A DNA stretch of 32,000 nt from the NCBI GenBank assembly GCA_049942775.1, contig CP188087.1, positions 270,001 to 302,000 on the forward strand. The letters run 5' to 3'. The stretch comes from Candidatus Saccharimonadota bacterium (GTDB lineage Bacteria > Pseudomonadota > Gammaproteobacteria > Enterobacterales > Enterobacteriaceae). The notes under the pieces were generated by a model, which ran no database searches, was not told where the DNA came from, and saw nothing but the letters and a program-made list of their open reading frames with translations. How positions within the stretch are numbered: the first letter of the stretch is position 1; the number at the start of each line of letters is the position of its first letter. Positions 1 through 9,938 of this stretch are shown here, piece by piece. The position numbers and the translations under genes are program-made.

Positions 1-120
1 CTATGTACTATTGAAAAATAGTGTTTTATGTTAAAAAAAATTTTTAATCATTTTAAGTTAATAATGTTTTATTAAAAATAAATAATATTTTTTTGTTTCT
101 AATAAGAATAATTGTTATTG

Positions 121-153
121 AAATATCTCTCCTTATTCAAGGAAGAGATATTT
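121..153. terminator. Imperfect inverted repeat; possible 3' hairpin downstream of bioB
   Basis: The arms are aaatatctctcc and ggaagagatattt (10 bp plus CC/GG with one bulged A), separated by the loop ttattcaa. It lies 72 nt downstream of the bioB stop. Neither strand has a clean U-tract after it. Confidence 0.3.
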
Positions 154-224
154 AGATAAAAAAATTTAAATTTAAAAAAAATATAATAAATAAAAAATAT
201 TTTTATTAAAAACTATTTATAAAA

Positions 225-1253
225 TTATAAGGCTGCATTATAAAAATTTTGTGTTTTTGTTAAATCAGAATCTAAAAAATTTATTTTTTTCTTTTTGTCT
301 TTTTCTTTTATTGTTTTTCTTTGGATTTTTAAGTTTAATTTTTTAAATAAATTCAGATCATCTTTTTCATTTGGATTAGCTGTAGTTAATAATTTACATC
401 CATAAAATATAGAATTAACACCTGCCATAAAGCACATGGCTTGGGTTTGGTTATTCATTTGTTTTCTTCCAGCTGAAAGACGAATATAAGAAGTTGGCAT
501 CATAATTCTAGTAATTGCTACTATTTTAATAAAATCAAACGGATCAATTTTGTTATTTTTTTCTAGTGGCGTTCCTGGAACAGGAACTAACATATTAATT
601 GGAATACTTTCTGGATTTTTTTTAAAACTAGATAATTCTAATAGTAATTTAATTCTATCTTCTAATTTTTCTCCCATTCCTAAAATTCCTCCAGAACAAA
701 CCTTTATTCCATATTTTTGCACAAAATTAATTGTAGTTATTCTTTCGTTATAATGTCTAGTTGTTATAATTTTTTTATAGAACTCTCTTGAAGTATCCAA
801 ATTATGATTATAAAAATCCAAACCAGCAATTGCTAATTTGTTTGCTTGAATTTCTGTTAATGATCCCAAAGTCATGCATGTTTCCAGCCCTAACTTTTTG
901 ATTTCTTTAATAATTTTTTGTAAATATGGAATATCTCTATTTTTTGGATTTTTCCATGCTGCTCCCATACAAAATCTAGTCGATCCAATTGATTTTGCTT
1001 TTTTAGCAGCATTGAGAACATCTTTGATTTTAAGTAATGATTCTTTTTTAATTTCTGTTGTATATCTAGAGCTTTGAGGACAATATTTACAGTCTTCAGG
1101 ACAAGATCCAGTTTTTATAGAAAGCAAAGTACTAATTTGTATTTCTTGAGGATTAAAATGTTTTCTATGTACTTTTTGAGCTTCAAACATCAAATTAAAA
1201 AATGGTTTTTTTGTTAATTCAATCGCTTTTTCATAATTCCAATATTTTTTCAT
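225..1253 (-). CDS. bioB: Biotin synthase
   Basis: Collinear over its full length with E. coli BioB. It carries the radical-SAM [10 protein letters not shown] motif, [22 protein letters not shown] and the C-terminal YNAAL. The ORF-track start at 1265 is TTG; I prefer the first ATG at 1253 (MKKYW...). Confidence 0.93.
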   Translation of the reverse strand: MKKYWNYEKAIELTKKPFFNLMFEAQKVHRKHFNPQEIQISTLLSIKTGSCPEDCKYCPQSSRYTTEIKKESLLKIKDVLNAAKKAKSIGSTRFCMGAAWKNPKNRDIPYLQKIIKEIKKLGLETCMTLGSLTEIQANKLAIAGLDFYNHNLDTSREFYKKIITTRHYNERITTINFVQKYGIKVCSGGILGMGEKLEDRIKLLLELSSFKKNPESIPINMLVPVPGTPLEKNNKIDPFDFIKIVAITRIMMPTSYIRLSAGRKQMNNQTQAMCFMAGVNSIFYGCKLLTTANPNEKDDLNLFKKLNLKIQRKTIKEKDKKKKINFLDSDLTKTQNFYNAAL

Positions 1254-1497
1254 AATATATTCCAAATTTTTTATATCTTACAAATATATTTTTGTCGTAA
1301 AAAGATCTATTTTTTACACATTTTTTTGTTAAGTATTTTATTAAAAAATAATTATGAATTTTTTATTTTCTTTATATAAAGAAAATTATTTTTATTATTT
1401 ATAATTTTAAACATTTAAAAAGTTAAATTTGAATTTCTTATTAAAGTTAATAACTTTATAAAAATATTTTTTATATTAATAATTTTTGTTGAAATTA

Positions 1498-2502
1498 TTA
1501 ATTAATTTTATGAATTAAAGTCCATAAAGGACCTTTTTTAGTTTTATATCTATTAATTAATTGAATAAAACCTGTATTTTTTGATATTTTATAAATACTG
1601 ATATGATTAGAAATTTGTCCGGCAGATATTAAAAATTTTCCATTTTTATCTATATCAAATGATCTTGGTTGTTGTTCTGTAGAAAATTGTGTTATCTTTT
1701 TTAATATTTTTGTTTTTTTATCTATAAAAAAAACAGAAATAATACTCTTTGATCTGTCAGCTGCATACAAATAATTTTCACAAGGAGAAATTTTAATTTC
1801 AGAACCCCAGGCTTTTTCAGAATTGTTTGCAAAATCAATTATTTTTACTGTTTGAACTAAATTCACTGTGTGGTTTTTTACGGAAATAGACCATACATCA
1901 ACTGTACTGTTTAGTTCATTTATAGAATAAAAAAATTGATTATTTAGTTTGCTACATATTATATGTCTAGGACCAGAGTTTATTTTCGATTGTAGAATTG
2001 GTTGAATAGGATTTAAAAAAATTTTTTTGTTTTTAAAAATAAAAAAATAAATCCTATCTGATGTAAGAGATGTTGTAAACACGTAATTATTGTTTTTAGA
2101 AAAAACAACTGAATGACATCCAAATATATTTTTAAAAAAATTTTTTGGTGTTTTAGGAATTCCAAAACTATTAATTTCACATAAAATTAAAGTATTTGAA
2201 CCATATGAACTACATAATAAAATTTCATTATTTTTGTCGATGGAAATGTAATTTGGTGCATTTTTTATCGGTGTTATATGTACTTTTTTTAGTAGTCCGT
2301 TCTTTTTAATTTTGTAAGTTACAATTGCACAATTAGGTCTAATTCCTGCATATAACAAATTTTTTTTTCTAGCAATTGTTAAAGGTTGAACTTCACCATA
2401 CGTTTCTACTGTTTGCAATAAAGATAAACTACCTTCTTTTGAAAAATCCCATACTTCTATGCAATGTTCTTGTGGAGAAGATATATATAAAACTTGTTTC
2501 AT
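1498..2502 (-). CDS. pgl: 6-phosphogluconolactonase (YbhE/Pgl)
   Basis: 334 aa, collinear with E. coli Pgl: MKQ.(V)YI.SP start, GPRH, NELNS.VDVW and TE.QPR.F motifs. Confidence 0.9.
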   Translation of the reverse strand: MKQVLYISSPQEHCIEVWDFSKEGSLSLLQTVETYGEVQPLTIARKKNLLYAGIRPNCAIVTYKIKKNGLLKKVHITPIKNAPNYISIDKNNEILLCSSYGSNTLILCEINSFGIPKTPKNFFKNIFGCHSVVFSKNNNYVFTTSLTSDRIYFFIFKNKKIFLNPIQPILQSKINSGPRHIICSKLNNQFFYSINELNSTVDVWSISVKNHTVNLVQTVKIIDFANNSEKAWGSEIKISPCENYLYAADRSKSIISVFFIDKKTKILKKITQFSTEQQPRSFDIDKNGKFLISAGQISNHISIYKISKNTGFIQLINRYKTKKGPLWTLIHKIN

Positions 2503-2583
2503 ATTTTATAATCTTATAAATTATTTTAAATGAATATTTATTGTTTTATGTTAAATTTAATTAAATTTAAATTTTTTAAAAAT

Positions 2584-4599
2584 TTATGATTTTTCTATTT
2601 TTAATGAACTTAAAAAATTTTTTATCCATAATATTCTTTCATTTCCGTTGTTTATTTTTTTTAAAAATTTGATTTTTCTAGAATTTTCTATTTTCCATTT
2701 GTTAGGTTCTGAATTAATTACTTGTAATAATTCTTTAAGATTAATTAAATTCATTTCATTAAATTGAATCATACCTCCTTTTTCATTAAAATAAATTTTT
2801 TTTATTCCTAATTTTTTAGCATAAATTCTAATTTTAGCAATATTTATTAAATTTTTGGAAAAAATAGGCATTTTCCCAAATTTTTTTATTATATCGTTTT
2901 TTATTTTCTTTATTGTTTCTATGTTATTAGCAACGGCAATTTTTTTATACAAACTAACTCTATGATTAATATTAGCAATATATTTTGTAGGAAATAGAGA
3001 AGGTATACATAGTTCTATTTCTGTATTTAATTGAAATAATTTATTTAAAGAAAATTTTTCTCCTTTTTTAAGAGATAAAATAGCTTTTTTTAAAATTTTT
3101 TTATAAAAAATAGATCCAATACTTTCTATATGACCACTTTGTTCTTTTCCTAACATTTTTCCAATTCCACGAATTTCTAGATCTTTTTTAGATAAAATAA
3201 ATCCTGATCCTAATTTTTGATGTAAACTAATTGATTCTAATCTTTTTTTTGCATTATAATTAATGCTTTCATAGTGTTCCACTAGTAGCCAAATATATGA
3301 TTGTTGATTTGTTCTTCCTATTCTCCCTCTCAGCTGATGTAATTGAGATAATCCAAATTGATCAGATTGATGTACTAACATTGTATTAGCTCTAGATATA
3401 TCAATCCCTGTTTCTATAATTGTAGTGCATATTAGAACATCAAAAACATGTTTTCTAAAATCATTCATAATTTTTTCTAGTTCTTTTTTATTCATTTTCC
3501 CATGTGCTACTTTTATTTTTGATTCTGGAACTAATTTTGATAACGTTGTTGAGAATCTATTTATACTTTTAACTTTATTATACAAATAATAAACTTGCCC
3601 CCCTCTTTTAATTTCTTTGAGAATTATTTTTCGAATTAACTTAGGATCGTGTTTTTTAATAAATGTTTTAACTGGAATTTTTTTCTGAGGAGGAGTTGCT
3701 ATAATGGACAAATCTCTTATTCCATGAATAGCCATATTTAAAGTTCTAGGTATTGGGGTAGCTGTTAAAGTTAATATATCAATATTTAACGATAAAGATT
3801 TTATTTTTTCTTTTTGAGAAACTCCAAATCGATGTTCTTCATCAATAATTAAAAGTCCTAAATTAGACCATTCTAAATTCTTAAATAATATTTGATGTGT
3901 TGTAATAACAATATTTGTTTGTCCTGATTTTATTCCAGATAAAACTCGACAAACTTCTTTTTTAGTACAAAATCTAGATAATTTTTTTATTTCTACATTT
4001 AGATATGAAAACCTGTTAATAAAATTGTCATAATGTTGCTGTACTAACAACGTAGTAGGAACAAGAATAACCACTTGTTTTTTATTATTTACCGCTATAA
4101 AACAAGCTCTCATAGCAACTTCAGTTTTACCAAATCCTACATCTCCGCAAACTAATCGGTCCATTGGTTGTTGTTTTTGCATATCTTTGACAACATCTTC
4201 AATAGTTTTTTTTTGATCAATTGTTAATTTATAAGGAAATTTCTCGCAAAAAAAATTGTATTCTTTTTTATTTAAAATAAAAGAAAACCCTAATTGTGTA
4301 GCTCTATTTGCATAAATGTCTAATAATAATGCAGCATCGTCATAAATTTCTTTTATTATTTTTTTTTTGTTTTTAGACCAATTTTCATTACCTAATTTGT
4401 TTAAATTGACATTTCCTTTTGTTTTGTATTCATATTTTGTAATTAAATTTAAGGAAGAAACAGGAACATATAATTTTGTTTTTTCAGCGTATTCAATAAC
4501 GAAGTATTCTCCTTCTAATCCGTTATTTTTAATTATAATTAGTCCTTTGTATCTACCTATTCCGTGTTCTAAATGTACAACAATTTGATTAATTTCCAA
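2584..4599 (-). CDS. mfd: Transcription-repair coupling factor, N-terminally truncated (RID, translocase and D7 domains only)
   Basis: 671 aa versus about 1148 aa in E. coli. The first residues, MEINQIVVHLEHGIGRY, align with E. coli GQPVVHLEHGVGRY at the start of the RNAP-interacting domain. Helicase motifs are present: GDVGFGKTEVA, DEEHRFG, LTATPIPRT and QLRGRIGR. The start codon is TTG, directly preceded by an A12 run. There is no ATG before residue ~140. Confidence 0.9.
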   Translation of the reverse strand: MEINQIVVHLEHGIGRYKGLIIIKNNGLEGEYFVIEYAEKTKLYVPVSSLNLITKYEYKTKGNVNLNKLGNENWSKNKKKIIKEIYDDAALLLDIYANRATQLGFSFILNKKEYNFFCEKFPYKLTIDQKKTIEDVVKDMQKQQPMDRLVCGDVGFGKTEVAMRACFIAVNNKKQVVILVPTTLLVQQHYDNFINRFSYLNVEIKKLSRFCTKKEVCRVLSGIKSGQTNIVITTHQILFKNLEWSNLGLLIIDEEHRFGVSQKEKIKSLSLNIDILTLTATPIPRTLNMAIHGIRDLSIIATPPQKKIPVKTFIKKHDPKLIRKIILKEIKRGGQVYYLYNKVKSINRFSTTLSKLVPESKIKVAHGKMNKKELEKIMNDFRKHVFDVLICTTIIETGIDISRANTMLVHQSDQFGLSQLHQLRGRIGRTNQQSYIWLLVEHYESINYNAKKRLESISLHQKLGSGFILSKKDLEIRGIGKMLGKEQSGHIESIGSIFYKKILKKAILSLKKGEKFSLNKLFQLNTEIELCIPSLFPTKYIANINHRVSLYKKIAVANNIETIKKIKNDIIKKFGKMPIFSKNLINIAKIRIYAKKLGIKKIYFNEKGGMIQFNEMNLINLKELLQVINSEPNKWKIENSRKIKFLKKINNGNERILWIKNFLSSLKIEKS

Positions 4600-4860
4600 T
4601 TTTTTTTTTTTCTTATTATAATTTGAATATTATATATATGATTTTTTTTTTAAATAAATTTTAAAAATATTATTTTAAATAATTTAAAGTTTATAATTTA
4701 AGTTTCATACATTTCAAACATCTGACATTAATAAAATTATTAATGTTTTTTTAAATTTAAACTTATGTTTTTAATATATTTATTTTTTTTGATAAAAAAA
4801 TAAAATTATATTAATAATATCTTTCTTTAAATTAATAAACGTTTTTCAAAAAAAAATATT

Positions 4861-6081
4861 ATGAACATAAAAAAAACATATTTTAACATTAAAAATGTTA
4901 TTTTTTTTATTGTATTAAGATTTTTTTTCAAAAAAAGAAATTTTTTTTTTGGAAATATCATAAATAATATATCTATCTTAGGAATTATTATTTCAATATC
5001 TGGACTAATTATTTCTTCTTCTATTATGAATGGATTGGATAATAAGATTATTTCTAATATATTAAATTTATCATCACATATTAACATTTCTATAAAAAAA
5101 AATATAAATATCAAAAAAAAAATTCCTAATTTTTTTTTTGAAAATAATATTAATAGAATTATTCCAATGTTTGAAAAGAAAATAATAATTTATACAGATC
5201 ATAATTTTGATATTGGAAATTTGATAATAATAAACAAAAAACACAAATTTCTTTTCAATAAATATCAGTATAGTTACTATCATTCAAAACTTAATAATTT
5301 AAAAAATGAAATTTTTTTAAATAAAAATCTTGCAAAATCCTTAAATATTCATTTAGGAGATAAATTTTATTTATTTTTTCCGGAATTTAAAATTAATAAT
5401 AATTTTTTTTATTCAAAAAACAATTCTTTTTGTTTTTCTGGTTTTTTTGTTTCAAATAGTAACTTTGATCAAAATGAAATTATTTTATTTTATAAAAATA
5501 ATGATGAAAAAATATCAAATATGATTGAAAAAATGTCTCCAAAATGGAAAATATGGTTAAAAAATCCACTTTTAGCTCAAAAATTTAAAGATAAATATAA
5601 AAATATTAATTTTTTAATAACAACTTGGAAAGATCAAGAAAAAGAATTGTGTTCTTTAATATTTTTAGAAAAAAAAATTAGTAGTTTTTTATTTCTTTTA
5701 GTTTTTTTTATAGGAGTGATAAACATTTTAATATTGACAAATTTAAATATAATTGAAAAAGAAAAAGATTTTTCGATCTTATTGATTTTAGGAATTAAAA
5801 AAAGAGATATTTTTTGTATATTTTTTTTACAATATTTAATAAATTGTTTTTTAGGATTAACTTTAGGAAATTTACTTGGAATATTAATTACTAAAAAAAT
5901 TAATTTTTTCATGAAATTAATTTTTTCTGATATGGATTTATTAACGATTAAACCAATCATTTTAATTTCAGACATTTCTTTTTTTATAAAAATAACTATT
6001 TTGTTTAGTTTTTTTTCTATTATATATCCTTTTTTTCAAGTTATTAAAATAAAACCTATTAAGGTATTATCAAATGAATAA
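4861..6081 (+). CDS. lolC: Lipoprotein-release ABC transporter permease LolC
   Basis: 406 aa. The N-terminal TM plus MNG(L/F) motif, the C-terminal FtsX-type TM bundle and the YP...KP.KVL..E ending are collinear with E. coli LolC. It overlaps the lolD start by 8 nt (ATGAATAA). Confidence 0.88.
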   Translation: MNIKKTYFNIKNVIFFIVLRFFFKKRNFFFGNIINNISILGIIISISGLIISSSIMNGLDNKIISNILNLSSHINISIKKNINIKKKIPNFFFENNINRIIPMFEKKIIIYTDHNFDIGNLIIINKKHKFLFNKYQYSYYHSKLNNLKNEIFLNKNLAKSLNIHLGDKFYLFFPEFKINNNFFYSKNNSFCFSGFFVSNSNFDQNEIILFYKNNDEKISNMIEKMSPKWKIWLKNPLLAQKFKDKYKNINFLITTWKDQEKELCSLIFLEKKISSFLFLLVFFIGVINILILTNLNIIEKEKDFSILLILGIKKRDIFCIFFLQYLINCFLGLTLGNLLGILITKKINFFMKLIFSDMDLLTIKPIILISDISFFIKITILFSFFSIIYPFFQVIKIKPIKVLSNE

Positions 6082-6763
6082 AAAATTATTTTTGTTAGAA
6101 TGTTGTAATGTTTATAAAAATTACAATTTAAATAAAAAAAAAAAATATATTCTTAGTAATATTTGTTTAAAAATTAAAAAAGGAGATATGATCTCTATCA
6201 TAGGTAATTCAGGTTCTGGTAAAAGTACGTTGTTGTATTTGTTAGGATCTTTAGAAATTCCAAGTAAAGGAGAAATTTTTTTTAATGGAGAATCTATTGT
6301 AAAAATGAATTCTAATCAAAGAGCTTTGTTGAGAAATAAAAAAATAGGTTTTATATATCAAAACTATAATTTATTACTTGATTTTAACTTATTAGAAAAT
6401 GTATCTTTACCATTATTAATTTCTGGAGAAAATGTAAATAAATCTATAACTAAATCAAAAAAAATTTTATCTCTAGTTGGATTAAAAAAAAAAATTTCTT
6501 ATTATCCTTCACATATTTCCGGTGGAGAAAGACAAAGAGTAGCAATAGCTAGAGCACTAGTAAATAACCCTAGTTTAGTTTTAGCAGATGAACCAACTGG
6601 AAATTTAGATAGTGAGAACACAAAATTAGTTTTTAATATGTTAAAAGAGCTAAATTGTATTAATAAAAGTTCATTTGTTATTGTTACCCATAATAAATTT
6701 CTTGCTGAAAGTCTTCCTAAACAAAAAATCATGATATCTGGAGAATTGTTTGATAAAAAATAA
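6074..6763 (+). CDS. lolD: Lipoprotein-release ABC transporter ATPase LolD
   Basis: Walker A GNSGSGKST, signature ISGGERQR, Walker B LVLADEPTGNLD. It lies between lolC and lolE as in E. coli. Confidence 0.93.
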   Translation: MNKKLFLLECCNVYKNYNLNKKKKYILSNICLKIKKGDMISIIGNSGSGKSTLLYLLGSLEIPSKGEIFFNGESIVKMNSNQRALLRNKKIGFIYQNYNLLLDFNLLENVSLPLLISGENVNKSITKSKKILSLVGLKKKISYYPSHISGGERQRVAIARALVNNPSLVLADEPTGNLDSENTKLVFNMLKELNCINKSSFVIVTHNKFLAESLPKQKIMISGELFDKK

Positions 6764-8008
6764 CTTTTCTTTAAAAAAGAAATTGATTTTATCATTTCTT
6801 ATTGCTAATAGATTTTATAAAGGAAAAAATCAAAATGGTATACAGAAATTAACTTTATTAATTTCTAAAATTGGAATCATTCTTGGAATGATGATTTTTA
6901 TAATTAGTTTTAGTATTATAAATGGATTTAAAAAAGAATTGAACGAAAAAATTTTATCTACAGTTGGACATATAAATATAGAATGCAAAAATAATAGTTT
7001 TTATAAATTTAATTATATCAAAAAAATTGTTAAATCTACAAATAATAATATTGTTGAAGTACATCCATACATTCGTATTTATGGAATTTTAAATTCCGGG
7101 AAAAATATAGAAACAGTTCAAATTAATAATTTTGATTTTTATAATAAAAAAAAATCTAGTTACAATTATAAATATATAGATACTAATGTATTAAAAAAAA
7201 TTAAAAATAATTCTCATCAAGTAATTATAGGAGTTGATTTAGCAAAATCACTTAAAATTAAATTAAAAAATCACGTTGATTTATTTGTTTCGAATTTAAA
7301 AAAAAAAGCTATTTTAAACATATAGAATTAACAGTAATCGGATTTTTTAAATCAAATAGTTTTCTTGATAAAAAAATGATTTTTATACCGACAACCGATT
7401 TACAAAAATATTTAAACATAAAACAAGAGAAATATTCTGGGTTAGAAATTAAAATCAAAGATCCTTTTTTATCAGAAAAAATATCAAATTTAATTTTGTC
7501 TAAGATAAAAAAAAAAAATATGTTTATTTATACTTGGAAGGATGAATACGGATATATTTATTATGATATTAAAAGTATGAAAATAATTATTTATATCGTT
7601 GTTATATTAATTTTTTTGATATCTTCAATTGGAATTTCTTCTATTTCTACTATTTTATTATTAAAAAAGCAAAGAGAAATAAAAATCTTAAAATCTATCG
7701 GTGTACAAAACTCAATTATTCAATTAATATGCTATATTTATGGATTTAGGTTTATTATTGAAGGATTAATTTTAGGAATAATAATTAGTTTGTTTATAGT
7801 TTATAATTTTTATTATTTTATAAAAAAAATAAATTATTTTTTACAATCTATAATTAATTTAAAAGAAATATATTTTTTAAATTTTGTTCCTATGTCCCTA
7901 GAAATAAAAAATATTTTTTTTTCTGTCTCAATTGTTTTTATTTTAGGATTCCTAACAATTTTCTTTGGAATTTGTTATATGAAATATTATAAAAATAATA
8001 TTAAATAA
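6750..8008 (+). pseudogene. lolE: LolE permease, split by a frameshift in an A10 tract (ORFs 6750-7325 and 7376-8008)
   Basis: The N-terminal half (LSFLIANRFYKGKNQNG..INGF) and C-terminal half (MIFIPTTDLQKYL ... FtsX TM bundle) are together collinear with E. coli LolE. The second frame stays open back to the A10 run at 7298-7307. Adding one A gives a single 419-aa ORF. The start is TTG at 6750, with a GGAGA Shine-Dalgarno at 6740-6744, and it overlaps the lolD stop. Confidence 0.85.
7298..7307 (+). repeat. A10 homopolymer; frameshift / putative transcriptional-slippage site in lolE
   Basis: Counted directly: cgaattt-aaaaaaaaaa-gct. The upstream frame terminates at 7323-7325. The downstream LolE frame is phase-shifted by exactly the amount one extra A would correct. 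Confidence 0.85.
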
Positions 8009-8107
8009 AAAAAATGATGTTTAGTGAAATCACTAAATATTAGTAATATAATTTTAAATTATAAAAAAATAAATTTCTTTTTAAATAAACAGTTAAATTT
8101 AAAATAA

Positions 8108-9130
<1,023 letters not shown>

Positions 9131-9161
9131 CATAAACTGTTCTATATAATGTAAATATGAA

Positions 9162-9193
9162 AGTGTCATTCAATAATGACATTATTATTTTTT
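9162..9193 (+). terminator. Rho-independent terminator candidate for gapA
   Basis: A 9-bp stem (agtgtcatt / aatgacatt, including 2 G-C and 1 G-U) with loop caat, followed by attattttttt. It begins 32 nt after the gapA stop. Confidence 0.55.
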
Positions 9194-9422
9194 AAGATCT
9201 ATAAAAAAAATAGTATTCATCCATTGAATAAATCTATAAAGAATATAGTTTTAATTAAACTTTTAATTGAATTTTTATTCTTTATCTAAAGATATATATT
9301 AATGGATGTCTATAACATTTACATTTTTATGTATTTTTTTTAAATTGATAAAAAACTAGATCTATTTAAAATAAAAAGATCTTTTTGTTAAATTTTTTTA
9401 ATAAAATTTTTATTTTTAAAAA

Positions 9423-9938
9423 TTAAGTAGAATTTATTTCTATTTCAATTTGGTTAACCCATTTTTGAATTCTATTTTTTGTTTTTTTTGCTTGCCTATC
9501 TTCATCAATAGTCATTCCACAAAAATATTTGTCATTTAATAAAGCTTTTGAAGAATCGAAACAATAATCCTTATTTTCCCATTTTCCTATTATTGTAGCT
9601 TTTTGATTTTTAAAAATATTATATAATATTCCTAATGCATCACAAAAATATTCAGAATAATCTTCTTGATCACCACAACCAAACAAAGCAATTTTTTTAT
9701 TTTTAAAATTTATTGTTTTTAAAATTGGTAAAAAATCTTCCCAATCTGATTGAATTTCTCCATAATACCAAGTAGGAGAACCAATAATTAAAGTTGAAAA
9801 TTTTTCTAAATCTTGCTTTTCACAATTGGATATGTCATTAATCGATAAATTTTTTTCTTTAAAACATTCTTTTATTTGATTTGCTACAGATTCAGTATTA
9901 CCTGTATCACTGCCATAAAAAATTCCTATTCTTTTCAC
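9423..9938 (-). CDS. fldA: Flavodoxin 1
   Basis: 171 aa with GIFYGSDTGNTE, PTWYYGE and LFGCGDQEDY..YFCDA, collinear with E. coli FldA. GTG start with GAGG about 9 nt upstream. Confidence 0.93.
   Translation of the reverse strand: MKRIGIFYGSDTGNTESVANQIKECFKEKNLSINDISNCEKQDLEKFSTLIIGSPTWYYGEIQSDWEDFLPILKTINFKNKKIALFGCGDQEDYSEYFCDALGILYNIFKNQKATIIGKWENKDYCFDSSKALLNDKYFCGMTIDEDRQAKKTKNRIQKWVNQIEIEINST

Noticed and set aside
550-1077. ORFs 550-753(+) and 874-1077(+), 67 aa each.
   Set aside because: Both are antisense to the strongly conserved bioB frame and have low-complexity Leu/Ile/Phe/Ser-rich translations. These are typical shadow ORFs in AT-rich DNA.
2551-2570. Tandem ttaaatttaa x2, a 16-nt palindrome aaatttaattaaattt, between mfd and pgl.
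   Set aside because: It is pure A/T low complexity with no stable stem and no adjacent U-tract beyond the genome background.
4367-4588. ORF 4367-4588(+), 73 aa.
   Set aside because: It is antisense to the conserved RNAP-interacting domain of mfd and has no recognisable motifs.
4827-5975. Minus-strand ORFs 4827-5114, 5074-5283 and 5634-5975 (69-113 aa).
   Set aside because: All are antisense to lolC. Their translations are poly-Ile/Phe/Lys low complexity, produced by the complement of AAA/AAT/ATT-rich codons. None has a start context or homology.
6502-6795. ORF 6502-6795(-), 97 aa.
   Set aside because: It is antisense to the Walker B / signature region of lolD, a shadow ORF.
8020-8037. Hairpin tttagtg-aaat-cactaaa 12 nt after the lolE stop, considered as a terminator.
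   Set aside because: The stem is only 7 bp and no U-run follows it (tattagtaat). This is too weak to call.
9357-9382. Inverted agatct...agatct pair downstream of fldA, considered as a terminator.
   Set aside because: The stem is only 6 bp with a 14-nt loop, and agatct is self-complementary, so the pairing is trivial.
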